DNA from: Eubacteriales bacterium
GTDB lineage: Bacteria > Bacillota > Clostridia > Lachnospirales > Lachnospiraceae
Direction of reading: 5' to 3'
Assembly (NCBI GenBank): GCA_030524785.1
Contig: JAUNFZ010000001.1
Location: 44,443-108,442 of the forward strand
DNA length: 64,000 nt
In this document: piece by piece, positions 30,307 to 38,380 of the stretch
Layout of the letters: each line of letters starts with the position of its first letter
Position numbering within the stretch: position 1 is the stretch's first letter
Program-made: the position numbers and the translations under genes
The notes under the pieces: generated by a model
Databases searched by the model: none
Told to the model about the DNA's origin: nothing
The model's input: the letters and a program-made list of their open reading frames with translations, nothing else

Positions 30307-31278
30307 ATGTCATTTTCCGGGCAGATCAAAGAGGAGCTTTCCAGGCAGAAATTGGGGGCGAGACACTGCCGCATTGCCGAGACTGCTGCGATTTTGTGGA
30401 TGTGCGGCGGCGTATCTGTATCAACAAAAGACAAATTCTGCCTGAAAATGCAGACAGAAAATCTTGCCGTCGCAAGAAAGTACTTTACATTATTGAAAAA
30501 AACATTTAATATAAGAGTTGAGCTTTGTATCAGACAGAATAAAGGAAGCAGACGGGGACGAACCTACATAGTATATGTGAAAAATCATGAGGATACCGTG
30601 CGAATACTTCAGGCGGTGAAATTGCTTGGAACGGACGGGACAGACTATATGGAGGGTGAGACAGCCGATTTGCAGGACAATCTGGTGATACAGCGCACCT
30701 GCTGTAAGCGGGCGTTTCTGCGGGGAGCCTTTTTGGCGGCTGGTTCCGTGAGCGATCCGCAGCGGTTTTACCATATGGAATTTGCATGTACAAGCGAATA
30801 CAGGGCAAAACAGATACAGTCCGTGCTCAGGACGTTTGAGCTGGAGGCCAGAATTATACTGCGCAAAAAGTATTATGTGGTATATTTAAAGGAAGGCAAC
30901 CAGATTGTAGATGCGCTGAATGTGATGGAAGCTCATATGGCGCTCATGGAGCTTGAGAATATTCGGATTCTTAAGGACATGAGAAATACAGTGAACCGCA
31001 AGGTGAACTGCGAGGCCGCAAATATTCACAAGACAGTGAGTGCAGCGGTGAAACAGATTGAGGATATTAAATATATCCGTGACACCATTGGTTTTGATGA
31101 CTTATCCGAGGCTTTGGCACAGATGGCAGAAGTACGGTTATCAAATCCTGACGCGACCCTGAAGGAGTTAGGCTTGCTGCTGACGCCCAGCGTGGGAAAA
31201 TCCGGTGTGAACCACCGGCTTCGAAAGCTTGGCGAGATTGCAGATGAGCTGAGAGATAATAAGGAGGAGAAGCACTAA
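30307..31278 (+). CDS. whiA: DNA-binding protein WhiA
   Basis: ATG 30307 (GGAGGGGAC upstream), in frame in ORF 30256..31278. MSFSGQIKEELSR... and a C-terminal HTH (...GKSGVNHRLRKL...). Confidence 0.93.
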   Translation: MSFSGQIKEELSRQKLGARHCRIAETAAILWMCGGVSVSTKDKFCLKMQTENLAVARKYFTLLKKTFNIRVELCIRQNKGSRRGRTYIVYVKNHEDTVRILQAVKLLGTDGTDYMEGETADLQDNLVIQRTCCKRAFLRGAFLAAGSVSDPQRFYHMEFACTSEYRAKQIQSVLRTFELEARIILRKKYYVVYLKEGNQIVDALNVMEAHMALMELENIRILKDMRNTVNRKVNCEAANIHKTVSAAVKQIEDIKYIRDTIGFDDLSEALAQMAEVRLSNPDATLKELGLLLTPSVGKSGVNHRLRKLGEIADELRDNKEEKH

Positions 31279-31280
31279 TT

Positions 31281-31535
31281 ATGATTAAAAAACCCATTAC
31301 AATCCAGCTTCCAAGCGGATTGGAAGCCAGACCGGTTGCCCTTCTGGTTCAGGTGGCCAGTCAGTATGAAAGTCGAATTCATGTAGAGATTGACGGCAAG
31401 CGAGTAAACGCCAAAAGCATTATGGGAATGATGACGCTTGGCCTGGAAACAGGAGAGAAAATTACTGTGGAAGCGGAAGGTACGGATGAGGAAGCAGCAA
31501 TGAAGGACATCGAGAAGTATCTCAGTACTCACTAA
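31281..31535 (+). CDS. crh: HPr-family protein, Crh-like (no His15, Ser46 retained)
   Basis: 84 aa. SGLEARPVALLVQVA, where HPr has GLHARPA and B. subtilis Crh has GLQARPA. KRVNAKSIMGMMTLG keeps the Ser46 context. It sits after rapZ-whiA, as crh does in B. subtilis. Confidence 0.8.
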   Translation: MIKKPITIQLPSGLEARPVALLVQVASQYESRIHVEIDGKRVNAKSIMGMMTLGLETGEKITVEAEGTDEEAAMKDIEKYLSTH

Positions 31536-31554
31536 ATCATATATGGCAGGCACG

Positions 31555-31585
31555 GTGCAGGCTCAGTTGAGGCTGCACTGTTTTT
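31555..31585 (+). terminator. intrinsic terminator after crh-like gene
   Basis: GTGCAGGCTCAG...TTGAGGCTGCAC hairpin followed by TGTTTTTCT. Confidence 0.75.
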
Positions 31586-31591
31586 CTATAG

Positions 31592-31630
31592 CGCGAAAGC
31601 GTGCGGCAAGCGCACACTCTGTTTTATGGC
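31592..31630 (+). repeat. 39-nt intergenic motif, copy A (copy B at 53426-53464)
   Basis: cgcgaaagcgtgcggcaagcgcacactctgttttatggc versus cgcgaaagtatgtggcaagcgcacactttgtttaacggc. I count 33/39 identical by hand alignment. Core hairpin GUGCG-GCAAG-CGCAC. Confidence 0.8.
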
Positions 31631-31697
31631 CTGCGGTTATAATTTGACTTTGACGGGAAACAATAAATATAAGTAAGAGAATATATTGGAGGGACTT

Positions 31698-32618
31698 ATG
31701 GCGAAGCGGATGTTGAATATGAGCTCATCAGAGCTTACGAATTTATCAAAAAAGGAACTTTTGGCGGCAATGGCGGAAAATGAGGGCAGGACGCTGATCA
31801 GTGAAACAATCGGCGCGGTGCAGCCCCTTCTGACGGATGTGACAAACGCGGAATTTGCAGCTTCTATGGGTGCGGACATGATTCTTCTGAATATGTTTGA
31901 TGTAAGGGAACCAAGAATCAATGCGCTGCCTCCCGTAAAAAAGGAGGACACGGTGAGGGAAGTGAAACGCCTGACCGGCCGGGCAGTTGGCATCAATCTG
32001 GAGCCGGTGGAAAACATGGAGAAACCAGCTGACGAACTGTGGCAAATGAGCGGCGGACGGCGCGCTACGGTAGAAAATGCTGCGCTTGCGCATCAGATGG
32101 GAGTGGACATGATTGTTTTGACGGGAAATCCCGGAAACGGAGTCAGCAACCGGGCCATCACAGACTCCCTGAAAGCAATTTCCCGGACGCTGGGGGATCA
32201 GATTGTGCTGGCGGCCGGAAAAATGCATGCCTCCGGAGTTGTGGGCGAGGCCGGAGAAAAGATAATCACCAGAGAGGATATACGTCAGTTTGCGGAGGCA
32301 GGGGCGGATATTATTCTGATGCCTGCGCCGGGCACCGTGCCGGGGATTACGACGGAGTATATCCGCGGCCTGGTAAGTTATGCGCACAGTCTTGGGAAAC
32401 TGACGATCACCTCGATCGGCACCTCTCAGGAGGGAGCGGACACAGATACGATCAGGAGAATTGCTATCGAGTGCAAAATGACGGGCACGGATATCCACCA
32501 CATCGGAGATTCGGGATATGTGGGTATGGCTCTGCCGGAAAACATTATGGCCTACAGCGTGGCGATTCGCGGAGTGCGCCATACGTACCACCGCATGGCC
32601 CAGTCCATTCGCCGGTGA
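31698..32618 (+). CDS. hypothetical protein, 306 aa (possibly a beta/alpha-barrel enzyme; family not recognised)
   Basis: Long clean ORF. GGAGG (31688-31692) precedes ATG 31698; the ORF track starts at TTG 31686. Recurrent strand-loop segments GADMILLN, GVDMIVLTGNPG, GADIILMPAPG. Confidence 0.7.
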   Translation: MAKRMLNMSSSELTNLSKKELLAAMAENEGRTLISETIGAVQPLLTDVTNAEFAASMGADMILLNMFDVREPRINALPPVKKEDTVREVKRLTGRAVGINLEPVENMEKPADELWQMSGGRRATVENAALAHQMGVDMIVLTGNPGNGVSNRAITDSLKAISRTLGDQIVLAAGKMHASGVVGEAGEKIITREDIRQFAEAGADIILMPAPGTVPGITTEYIRGLVSYAHSLGKLTITSIGTSQEGADTDTIRRIAIECKMTGTDIHHIGDSGYVGMALPENIMAYSVAIRGVRHTYHRMAQSIRR

Positions 32619-32625
32619 GAAATTT

Positions 32626-32654
32626 CGGGGCGCTTCCTTTTTGGATGCGCCCCG
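32626..32654. terminator. hairpin between convergent genes (possible bidirectional terminator)
   Basis: CGGGGCGC (32626-32633) pairs with GCGCCCCG (32647-32654), with a 13-nt T-rich loop. It lies between the stops at 32618 (+) and 32662 (-). Confidence 0.5.
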
Positions 32655-32661
32655 TCTGTGT

Positions 32662-33507
32662 CTAAAACTCTTTCTTTAAAGCTTCGTACATGATTTCATA
32701 GGGAGCCTTCTCCCCGGTCCAGAGTTCAAAATTCAAAGCGCCCTGATTGACAAGCATCCCAAGGCCTGTAATAATTCCTGCGCCTCTGGCGGCGGCTTTT
32801 TCAAGGAAGCCGGTCATTGGCGGATTGAATACTACGTCGGTAGCCGTCATACCGGGATGGATGGAATCATAATTGATGTCGGGCAGGGAGGCATCCGGGA
32901 AAAGGCCGATATTTGTGGCCTGGACAAGAATGTCGGTATTTTCCGGGATTGCCATGGCATCCGTCCAGGGAAGAAAGCGGGCCCGGGCAGCTGTTTTTTC
33001 GCCGACAAGGCGGGCCAGTTCCTCTCCACGGGCAGGAGTGCGGTTAATGATTGTAATTTCTGAAGCGCCGGCCAGAGCACATTCCACAGCGATGGCCCGG
33101 GCAGCGCCGCCCGCGCCGAGGATGGCGACATTTTTTTGGGCGGGAGAAATACCGCTGTCTGCAAGTGATCTGACAAATCCTTTTCCGTCGGTGTTTTCTC
33201 CGATCAATTTTCTGTCGCGGACAATAACCGTGTTGACGGCGCCGATAATTTCTGCCGCCGGGGATAATTCATCCAGATAGGGAAGCACCTTTACTTTGTG
33301 GGGAATGGTCAAATTGACGCCGCGCATGCCGAAGATGCGGACGGCTTTCATGGCAGTTTCAAGCTGTCCGTCCTCAAGGCGGATCGTGAGATAACGGTAA
33401 TTCAGGTTCTTTGCGGCATACCCTGCTTCCATCAGCACGCCGGTGGGATTTTCGTCGATGGGGCATCCGAAGCACCCGGTCAGTTCTGCTCTGTAATTTT
33501 TACTCAT
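32662..33507 (-). CDS. shikimate dehydrogenase family protein (divergent N-terminal substrate motif)
   Basis: ...GVNLTIPHKVKV...GAVNTV...NTDGKGF...ILGAGGAARAIA...IINRT... I prefer the second ATG (33507) because AGGAGG abuts the first (33513). Confidence 0.85.
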   Translation of the reverse strand: MSKNYRAELTGCFGCPIDENPTGVLMEAGYAAKNLNYRYLTIRLEDGQLETAMKAVRIFGMRGVNLTIPHKVKVLPYLDELSPAAEIIGAVNTVIVRDRKLIGENTDGKGFVRSLADSGISPAQKNVAILGAGGAARAIAVECALAGASEITIINRTPARGEELARLVGEKTAARARFLPWTDAMAIPENTDILVQATNIGLFPDASLPDINYDSIHPGMTATDVVFNPPMTGFLEKAAARGAGIITGLGMLVNQGALNFELWTGEKAPYEIMYEALKKEF

Positions 33508-33517
33508 CCTCATCCTC

Positions 33518-34375
33518 CTATGTGAAAAATTTTTCTTTGATACTGCTGACCGGCATATCCTTTCCGGTCCAGAGGCGGAAGGCTTCCGCGCCCTGGTAGA
33601 GAAGCATGTACAGGCCGTTGAAGGTTTTCAGACCCCGGGCCCTGGCTTCAGCGAGAAGCCGCGTTTCCCGGGGATTGTAAATGACGTCGGATACGGTCAG
33701 ATGCTCATGGAGCATGGAAGTATCTGCGATAGGCGTTTCGCCGGTATTCGGAGCCATGCCCACAGAGGTAGCGTTTGTCAGAAGACAGCTGTCCTGAAGC
33801 TGAAGACGGAGGGCGCTGGTATCTGCAAGGTCATACAGGGAAACACGGCAGGCTGTGCGGGAATTGAGCGTATCTGCAAGCTTTACTGCCCGTTCCCAGG
33901 AACGGCCCCGGCGGTTAAAAATCGCAAGCTCAGAAACACCGTCCAGAGCCGCCTGTACAGCGATGGCAGTGGCTGCCCCGCCGCCGCCAAGAAGCGTCAT
34001 TTTTTTCCCGATTACATGACATCCGGCTTCGCGAACGGCCGACATATATCCGATACCGTCAGTGTTGTGGCCGATTAGAACGTCGTTCTCGATCACAACC
34101 GTATTGACGGCGCCCATCATTGAGGCGGCGGGGGAAAGTTTGTCTGCCAGTTCGCACATCCGTATTTTTACGGGCATGGTACAGTTAAATCCCCGGGCGT
34201 TCAGAAATTTCAGGGCTTTGATGGCTTCCTCCATCTGATTTTCCGTTGCCTCAAAACACAGATAGGCGTAATCAAGCCCGAGAAGCGAAAATGCTTCGTT
34301 ATGCATTAAGGGCGAGATGCTGTGGGCGACGGGACTTCCCAGAAGCCCGGTCAGCCGTGTATGTCCATTGATCAT
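33518..34375 (-). CDS. quinate/shikimate dehydrogenase, YdiB-like
   Basis: LLGSPVAHSISPLMHNEAF..., IFNRR..., ...LTNATSVGMAP...MLLYQGAEAFRLWTGKDMP. From memory this closely parallels E. coli YdiB (LFNRRD..., MLLWQGAEQFTLWTGKDFP). Confidence 0.8.
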   Translation of the reverse strand: MINGHTRLTGLLGSPVAHSISPLMHNEAFSLLGLDYAYLCFEATENQMEEAIKALKFLNARGFNCTMPVKIRMCELADKLSPAASMMGAVNTVVIENDVLIGHNTDGIGYMSAVREAGCHVIGKKMTLLGGGGAATAIAVQAALDGVSELAIFNRRGRSWERAVKLADTLNSRTACRVSLYDLADTSALRLQLQDSCLLTNATSVGMAPNTGETPIADTSMLHEHLTVSDVIYNPRETRLLAEARARGLKTFNGLYMLLYQGAEAFRLWTGKDMPVSSIKEKFFT

Positions 34376-34515
34376 GATTTTCCTCCCTTGGTTCCTATGC
34401 GGAAAATAGCTGTTTCTGATGATATCTTAGCATATTGCCGGGGCAAATTCCATATTGTTTTTGAGAGATTCCTGGGGTAAAATATAGAATATCTTATGGA
34501 GAAAGGACGTCGGCT

Positions 34516-35277
34516 ATGAAGAAAACCGTACATATCCGAAATATCGTGCTGGGCGAGGGGATTCCAAAAATCTGTGTGCCTGTTTTGGGCAGCGAAAGAA
34601 ACGAAATCCTGCAGTCGGCCCGGCAAGCCGCCGGGACAAAGCCGGATCTGGTGGAGTGGAGAGTGGATTTTTTTGAGGAGGCCAAGAACCCTGAAAAAGT
34701 CTGCGGCATTTTAAAGGAACTGGGGGAAGTACTTGAGCAAATTCCGCTTTTATTTACGTTTCGCACAGCGCAGGAAGGCGGAGAAAAAGCGATTTCCAAT
34801 GAGGAGTATATAAATCTGTATTTAAGAGTGTTTGAAAGCGGCAAAGCAGATGCGATTGATGTGGAAGCGTTTTTGGGGGAGGAGACGGTCAGAACACTGA
34901 TCGGCGCAGCGGGAAAACGGAACACAAAAGTCATTCTTTCAAACCACGATTTTGAAAAGACGCCGCCCGGGGAGGAGCTGATAAGAAGGCTTGAATATAT
35001 GCAGGAACTTGGGGCCGATATTGCCAAGATTGCCGTTATGCCGGCCTGTACGCAGGATGTGCTTGTACTTTTGGCGGCGACGGAAGAAGCGAAGCGGACG
35101 CTTAAGATTCCTGTGATTACCATGTCCATGGGAAGAACGGGCGCAGTCAGCCGTTTTCTGGGGGAAACCTTTGGGTCTGCGCTGACCTTTGGAACCGGGG
35201 GAGCGGCTTCGGCGCCGGGACAGATCCCGGCGGGCGAGCTTAGAAAAATTCTACAGGCAATTCATCTTCATATCTGA
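34516..35277 (+). CDS. aroD: type I 3-dehydroquinate dehydratase
   Basis: 253 aa. ...KPDLVEWRVDFF...ILSNHDF..TP...ADIAKIAVMP (Schiff-base lysine context). Confidence 0.9.
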   Translation: MKKTVHIRNIVLGEGIPKICVPVLGSERNEILQSARQAAGTKPDLVEWRVDFFEEAKNPEKVCGILKELGEVLEQIPLLFTFRTAQEGGEKAISNEEYINLYLRVFESGKADAIDVEAFLGEETVRTLIGAAGKRNTKVILSNHDFEKTPPGEELIRRLEYMQELGADIAKIAVMPACTQDVLVLLAATEEAKRTLKIPVITMSMGRTGAVSRFLGETFGSALTFGTGGAASAPGQIPAGELRKILQAIHLHI

Positions 35278-35292
35278 AACCCGTTGGCGCAG

Positions 35293-35368
35293 TGTCGGAA
35301 TATGTCGAAGAAATCTGCGCTTTTGGCTATCTATTTTGACAAAACTCACAACTCCTTTCACGTATACT
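35293..35368 (+). promoter_or_regulatory. spoIIG-type promoter: two Spo0A-box-like sites plus -35/-10 with an over-long spacer
   Basis: TGTCGGA (35293-35299) and TGTCGAA (35303-35309; consensus 0A box TGTCGAA). TTGACA (35336-35341), 21-nt spacer, TATACT (35363-35368). Confidence 0.6.
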
Positions 35369-35390
35369 TGAAAACGTGGAGGGAGTTTTT

Positions 35391-36221
35391 GTGTCTTATG
35401 AGTTCTATCTGGACAGTTATTTTCTGGAACATCTGATGATGAATATTTTAGTTCTGCATATGACGGGACACATTCTGAAAAACGTCCCTTCCTGGAAGCG
35501 GATCCTGGGAGCAGCGGCGCTGGGAGCGTTTCTGGCGTGTATGATGATTCTTCTTCCGATACATAAAAATGCCGTTTTATATGGAATATGCAGCTTTCTG
35601 ACCGGACCGCTGATAGCGGCCGTCTGCATGAAGGCGCGAAGGCTTAAAGACGTTTTCAATGCAGTCTGCGCAGTCTGTGCGGCGGCTCTGTGTATGGGAG
35701 GAATATGGCAGATTTTGACGGTGCAGCTAGGACTGCCTTTTTGGGCGGCCTGGCTGCCGGGATACCTGACAGTCAGGGCGGGCGCCCGGGGCTTTGGGCG
35801 CCTTAGAAACCGTACCGGGTATTTGTACCGTGTGATACTGAAAAGGGGAGACAGGGAAGTACATCTGACGGCGCTTATGGACAGCGGCAACCGGCTGCTG
35901 CAGCCAATGACGGCAAAGCCGGTAAGCATTGTGGAATTTCAGGCCGTGAAAGAACTTTTGAGTATACAGGAGGCACAGGAGCTTGAAGAACTTCTGAATT
36001 TGAGAACGGTGGAGCAGACGACGGGAAAATTTCTGTGGATCCCGTATCATTCCATTGGAAGGAGCCAGGGAGTGCTGCCGGCCTTCAGGCTGGACAGCAT
36101 ATGCATAAAGCATGGGGAGAGTGCAAGGAGTACAAAGGGCGTTCTGGCTGCCGTCAGCAGGGAGGCGGTCAGCAGCGGAGGAGAATATCAGATGATATTG
36201 CATCCTCAGATTTTGGAGTAG
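35391..36221 (+). CDS. spoIIGA: sigma-E processing peptidase SpoIIGA
   Basis: Polytopic N-terminus and a C-terminal aspartic protease motif ...TALMDSGNRL... GTG 35391 lies 7 nt after GGAGGG (the ORF track starts at GTG 35376). Directly precedes sigE. Confidence 0.9.
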   Translation: MSYEFYLDSYFLEHLMMNILVLHMTGHILKNVPSWKRILGAAALGAFLACMMILLPIHKNAVLYGICSFLTGPLIAAVCMKARRLKDVFNAVCAVCAAALCMGGIWQILTVQLGLPFWAAWLPGYLTVRAGARGFGRLRNRTGYLYRVILKRGDREVHLTALMDSGNRLLQPMTAKPVSIVEFQAVKELLSIQEAQELEELLNLRTVEQTTGKFLWIPYHSIGRSQGVLPAFRLDSICIKHGESARSTKGVLAAVSREAVSSGGEYQMILHPQILE

Positions 36222-36239
36222 CAGGAGGAAAGTATAAAC

Positions 36240-36980
36240 ATGATGATTAAGGTGTCTGTGCCCAACAGATTTCAGCTGCGGATGGTTCCGAGCGTTTCAG
36301 ACATTCTCTGGAGAAAAACGAACGATGTTCACTACATTGGAGGAAGCGAGGTGCTGCCTTCGCCGCTGGAACCGGGCAGAGAGGCAAAAGCCATCGAACA
36401 GCTTGGAAGCGAAAAACCGGAGGAAGCAAAGACGCTGCTGATTGAGCACAATCTCAGACTGGTGGTTTACATAGCAAAAAAATTTGACAATACGGGAGTC
36501 GGTGTGGAGGATTTGATTTCTATCGGGACGATTGGTCTGATCAAAGCGATTAACACGTTTAATCCGGGAAAAAAAATCAAGCTGGCTACGTATGCCTCCC
36601 GCTGCATTGAAAATGAAATCCTGATGTATCTGAGAAGAACGAGTAAAACACGAATGGAGGTCTCCTTTGACGAGCCGCTGAACGTGGACTGGGATGGAAA
36701 TGAACTGCTGCTCTCGGATATTCTGGGGACGGACGAGGACGTGATCTATAAAGATATGGAGACAGAGGTGGAATACAGCCTCCTGAAACGTGCCGTGGAA
36801 AAGCTTTCCGACCGGGAAAGAACCATTATCCAGCTTCGGTTTGGGCTCGGACGGGGCGACGGCGAGGAAAAGACCCAGAAAGAAGTGGCAGATCTTCTTG
36901 GGATTTCCCAGTCATATATATCCCGGCTGGAGAAAAAAATCATCGGGCGGCTGAAAAAAGAAGTGGCAAAAGGCTACTGA
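36240..36980 (+). CDS. sigE: sporulation sigma factor SigE (pro-sigma-E)
   Basis: ...[14 protein letters not shown]...[43 protein letters not shown]...[14 protein letters not shown]... Near-colinear with B. subtilis pro-sigma-E as I recall it. Confidence 0.95.
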   Translation: MMIKVSVPNRFQLRMVPSVSDILWRKTNDVHYIGGSEVLPSPLEPGREAKAIEQLGSEKPEEAKTLLIEHNLRLVVYIAKKFDNTGVGVEDLISIGTIGLIKAINTFNPGKKIKLATYASRCIENEILMYLRRTSKTRMEVSFDEPLNVDWDGNELLLSDILGTDEDVIYKDMETEVEYSLLKRAVEKLSDRERTIIQLRFGLGRGDGEEKTQKEVADLLGISQSYISRLEKKIIGRLKKEVAKGY

Positions 36981-37083
36981 TAAATTTTCATATATAGAAT
37001 TTTTTTTACACATTTTAAAGTATACAAAAAGAAAAGATTGATGTATAATTATGCTTAAATACCAAAACAAAGGAGGAGTTGCA

Positions 37084-38250
37084 ATGAAAAAAAGAACACT
37101 GTTGGCGTTTGCCGGAGCGTTGGCTTTGAGCCTTAGCGTGGGGGTTACCGCTATGGCGGAAAGCCTTGATACGGAAAATCCGGTGCTGATTGGTTATGTC
37201 GGGGCATTATCCGGAGACACTGCACTCTGGGGGCAGGCGGGCTTAAACGGTATGGAGCTTACTGCGAAACAGATCAATGAAGCGGGAGGCATCCTGGGCA
37301 GAGAAGTGAAGATCATCGGTCTGGACGGAAAAGGCGTGGCAGACGATTCTGTGGCTGCCTATAAGAAACTGGTGGAGGAAGACGGCGTGTGCGCTGTGGT
37401 TGGAACCAACTTTTCAAGCTGCAATATTCCCATTGCGGCAGTTGCGGGAGAGCTTGAGGTTCCGGTAATTGCCACGGCTGCGTCGAATGAATTGGTGACT
37501 GTGGCGGAAGACGGCACATTGAATGAGTATTCTTTCCGTCTGTGCTTTATTGATTCCTATATGGGATATCTGGCAGGTTCCTATGCGTATAACGAGCTGG
37601 GGCTGAAAACCTGTGCGGTAATCGAAGATATTACGGACAGCTACAGCATCAGCGTCGGCGATTACATGGTAGATACATTTACGGAGCTTGGCGGCGAGCT
37701 GGTGGCAAGTGAAGAAGCACAGCACGGTGACAACGATTTCCGGGCGCAGCTGACAAAAATTGCGGCGGCTCAGCCGGACGTGCTCTTTGTTCCCTGGAAT
37801 TACGCAGAGGTTGCATTGATTGCCCAGCAGGCGAGAGAGCTTGGCATCACCAGCGTTCTGTTTGGGGCAGACGGATGGGATACCTCCGAGCTGACAGATC
37901 TGGCAAACGGTTCTCTGGAGGGATGCTACTACATCTCCAGACCTGGATTCAACCTTCCGGATGCAGCGGCATACGGAGAGATTTACGCGGCAGAATATAA
38001 TGTAGATCTGGAAAGCGAGTGCCTGTACGGCAACGACGGCGTTATGTGGATTAAGCAGGCGATTGAGACGGCGGGCAGCGACGATCCCAAGGCAATCCGT
38101 GATGCTCTGGAAAATACCGAGAGCTTTGACGGGCTTCTGGGCCATATGAGCGTCGACCCGGCTACGCACAATCCCAGCCGTGACGCGGCAGTCTTTACGA
38201 TCAAGGATGATGTGGTAGAATACGTGGGAATTTACAATCCCGAGGAATAA
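37084..38250 (+). CDS. branched-chain amino acid ABC transporter substrate-binding protein (LivK/LivJ-like)
   Basis: ATG 37084 after AAAGGAGG. Signal peptide MKKRTLLAFAGALALSLSVGVTAMA. Followed by liv-type permeases and ATPases. Confidence 0.88.
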   Translation: MKKRTLLAFAGALALSLSVGVTAMAESLDTENPVLIGYVGALSGDTALWGQAGLNGMELTAKQINEAGGILGREVKIIGLDGKGVADDSVAAYKKLVEEDGVCAVVGTNFSSCNIPIAAVAGELEVPVIATAASNELVTVAEDGTLNEYSFRLCFIDSYMGYLAGSYAYNELGLKTCAVIEDITDSYSISVGDYMVDTFTELGGELVASEEAQHGDNDFRAQLTKIAAAQPDVLFVPWNYAEVALIAQQARELGITSVLFGADGWDTSELTDLANGSLEGCYYISRPGFNLPDAAAYGEIYAAEYNVDLESECLYGNDGVMWIKQAIETAGSDDPKAIRDALENTESFDGLLGHMSVDPATHNPSRDAAVFTIKDDVVEYVGIYNPEE

Positions 38251-38275
38251 AACATAAGATAACGCAATAGAATTT

Positions 38276-38311
38276 CTGAAACCGGAGGGCTTAAGGATCT
38301 TCCGGTTTCAG
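38276..38311 (+). other. intra-operon stem-loop after the binding-protein gene
   Basis: CTGAAACCGGA (38276-38286) pairs with TCCGGTTTCAG (38301-38311). There is no U-tract. A mRNA stabiliser or partial terminator after an SBP gene is common in ABC operons. Confidence 0.5.
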
Positions 38312-38380
38312 CCATGCAGCCGGGCCCTGGGAAACCGAAGGGCCTGGCCAAAAGCATATACACACAAGGAGAAACAGGCA

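Noticed and set aside
32039-32665. 208-aa alternative-frame plus-strand ORF, and the 281-aa minus ORF at 31746..32591, inside the 306-aa gene
   Set aside because: Gly/Arg/His-rich low-complexity translations. The 31698..32618 frame has a strong RBS and protein-like composition.
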